From positions 77,812,001 to 77,876,000 of the forward strand of contig NC_087436.1 of the NCBI RefSeq assembly GCF_036321535.1: 64,000 nucleotides of DNA, given 5' to 3'. This DNA is from Camelus dromedarius. Lineage: Eukaryota. This document shows positions 63,996 through 64,000 of this stretch, in pieces. Every line of letters begins with the position of its first letter. The stretch's first letter is position 1. The translations under genes were made by a program, and so were the position numbers. The notes below the pieces were generated by a model. That model did no database searches and had not been told where the DNA came from. It was given only the letters and a program-made list of their open reading frames with translations.

Positions 63996-64000
63996 ATATA
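63763..64000 (+). mobile_element. L1 3' UTR fragment with (GT)n, runs off the window
   Basis: ggagtttgggattagcagatacaaacta...aacaaggtcctattgtatagcacaggg. Confidence 0.9.

Noticed and set aside
1..64000. CRISPR array, rRNA or prokaryotic-type system
   Set aside because: The sequence is mammalian; no repeat-spacer array, rRNA or operon-like ORF structure was seen.

Overview
Repeat-rich, AT-rich mammalian genomic DNA, most likely camelid. The evidence is five copies of a tRNA-Ala-like SINE matching my recollection of camelid vic-1, plus artiodactyl-type L1 3' ends. Most of the window is intergenic or intronic and filled with L1, L2, MIR, MaLR/ERV LTRs, old DNA transposons and microsatellites. 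Nearly all listed ORFs are spurious or L1 ORF2 remnants. The main non-repeat signal is invisible to the ORF track: two chains of very short + strand exons. Chain 1 spans about 18-5250 and chain 2 about 9680-12225. Their splice sites, reading-frame phases, stop codons and poly(A) signals are mutually consistent. They predict the C-termini of one or two small F/Y/I-rich proteins that I cannot assign to a known gene, and chain 1 uses a GC-AG intron. Other notable items: a tailless 28-nt U6 retrocopy with a 21-bp TSD beside an AT-rich palindrome, a strong CTCF motif at 44621-44640, an ancient RTE-type LINE fossil, a twin-primed inverted L1, an internally deleted L1, and nested micro-insertions. 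Repeat family names come from recalled consensus sequences, not a database search, and boundaries are approximate.
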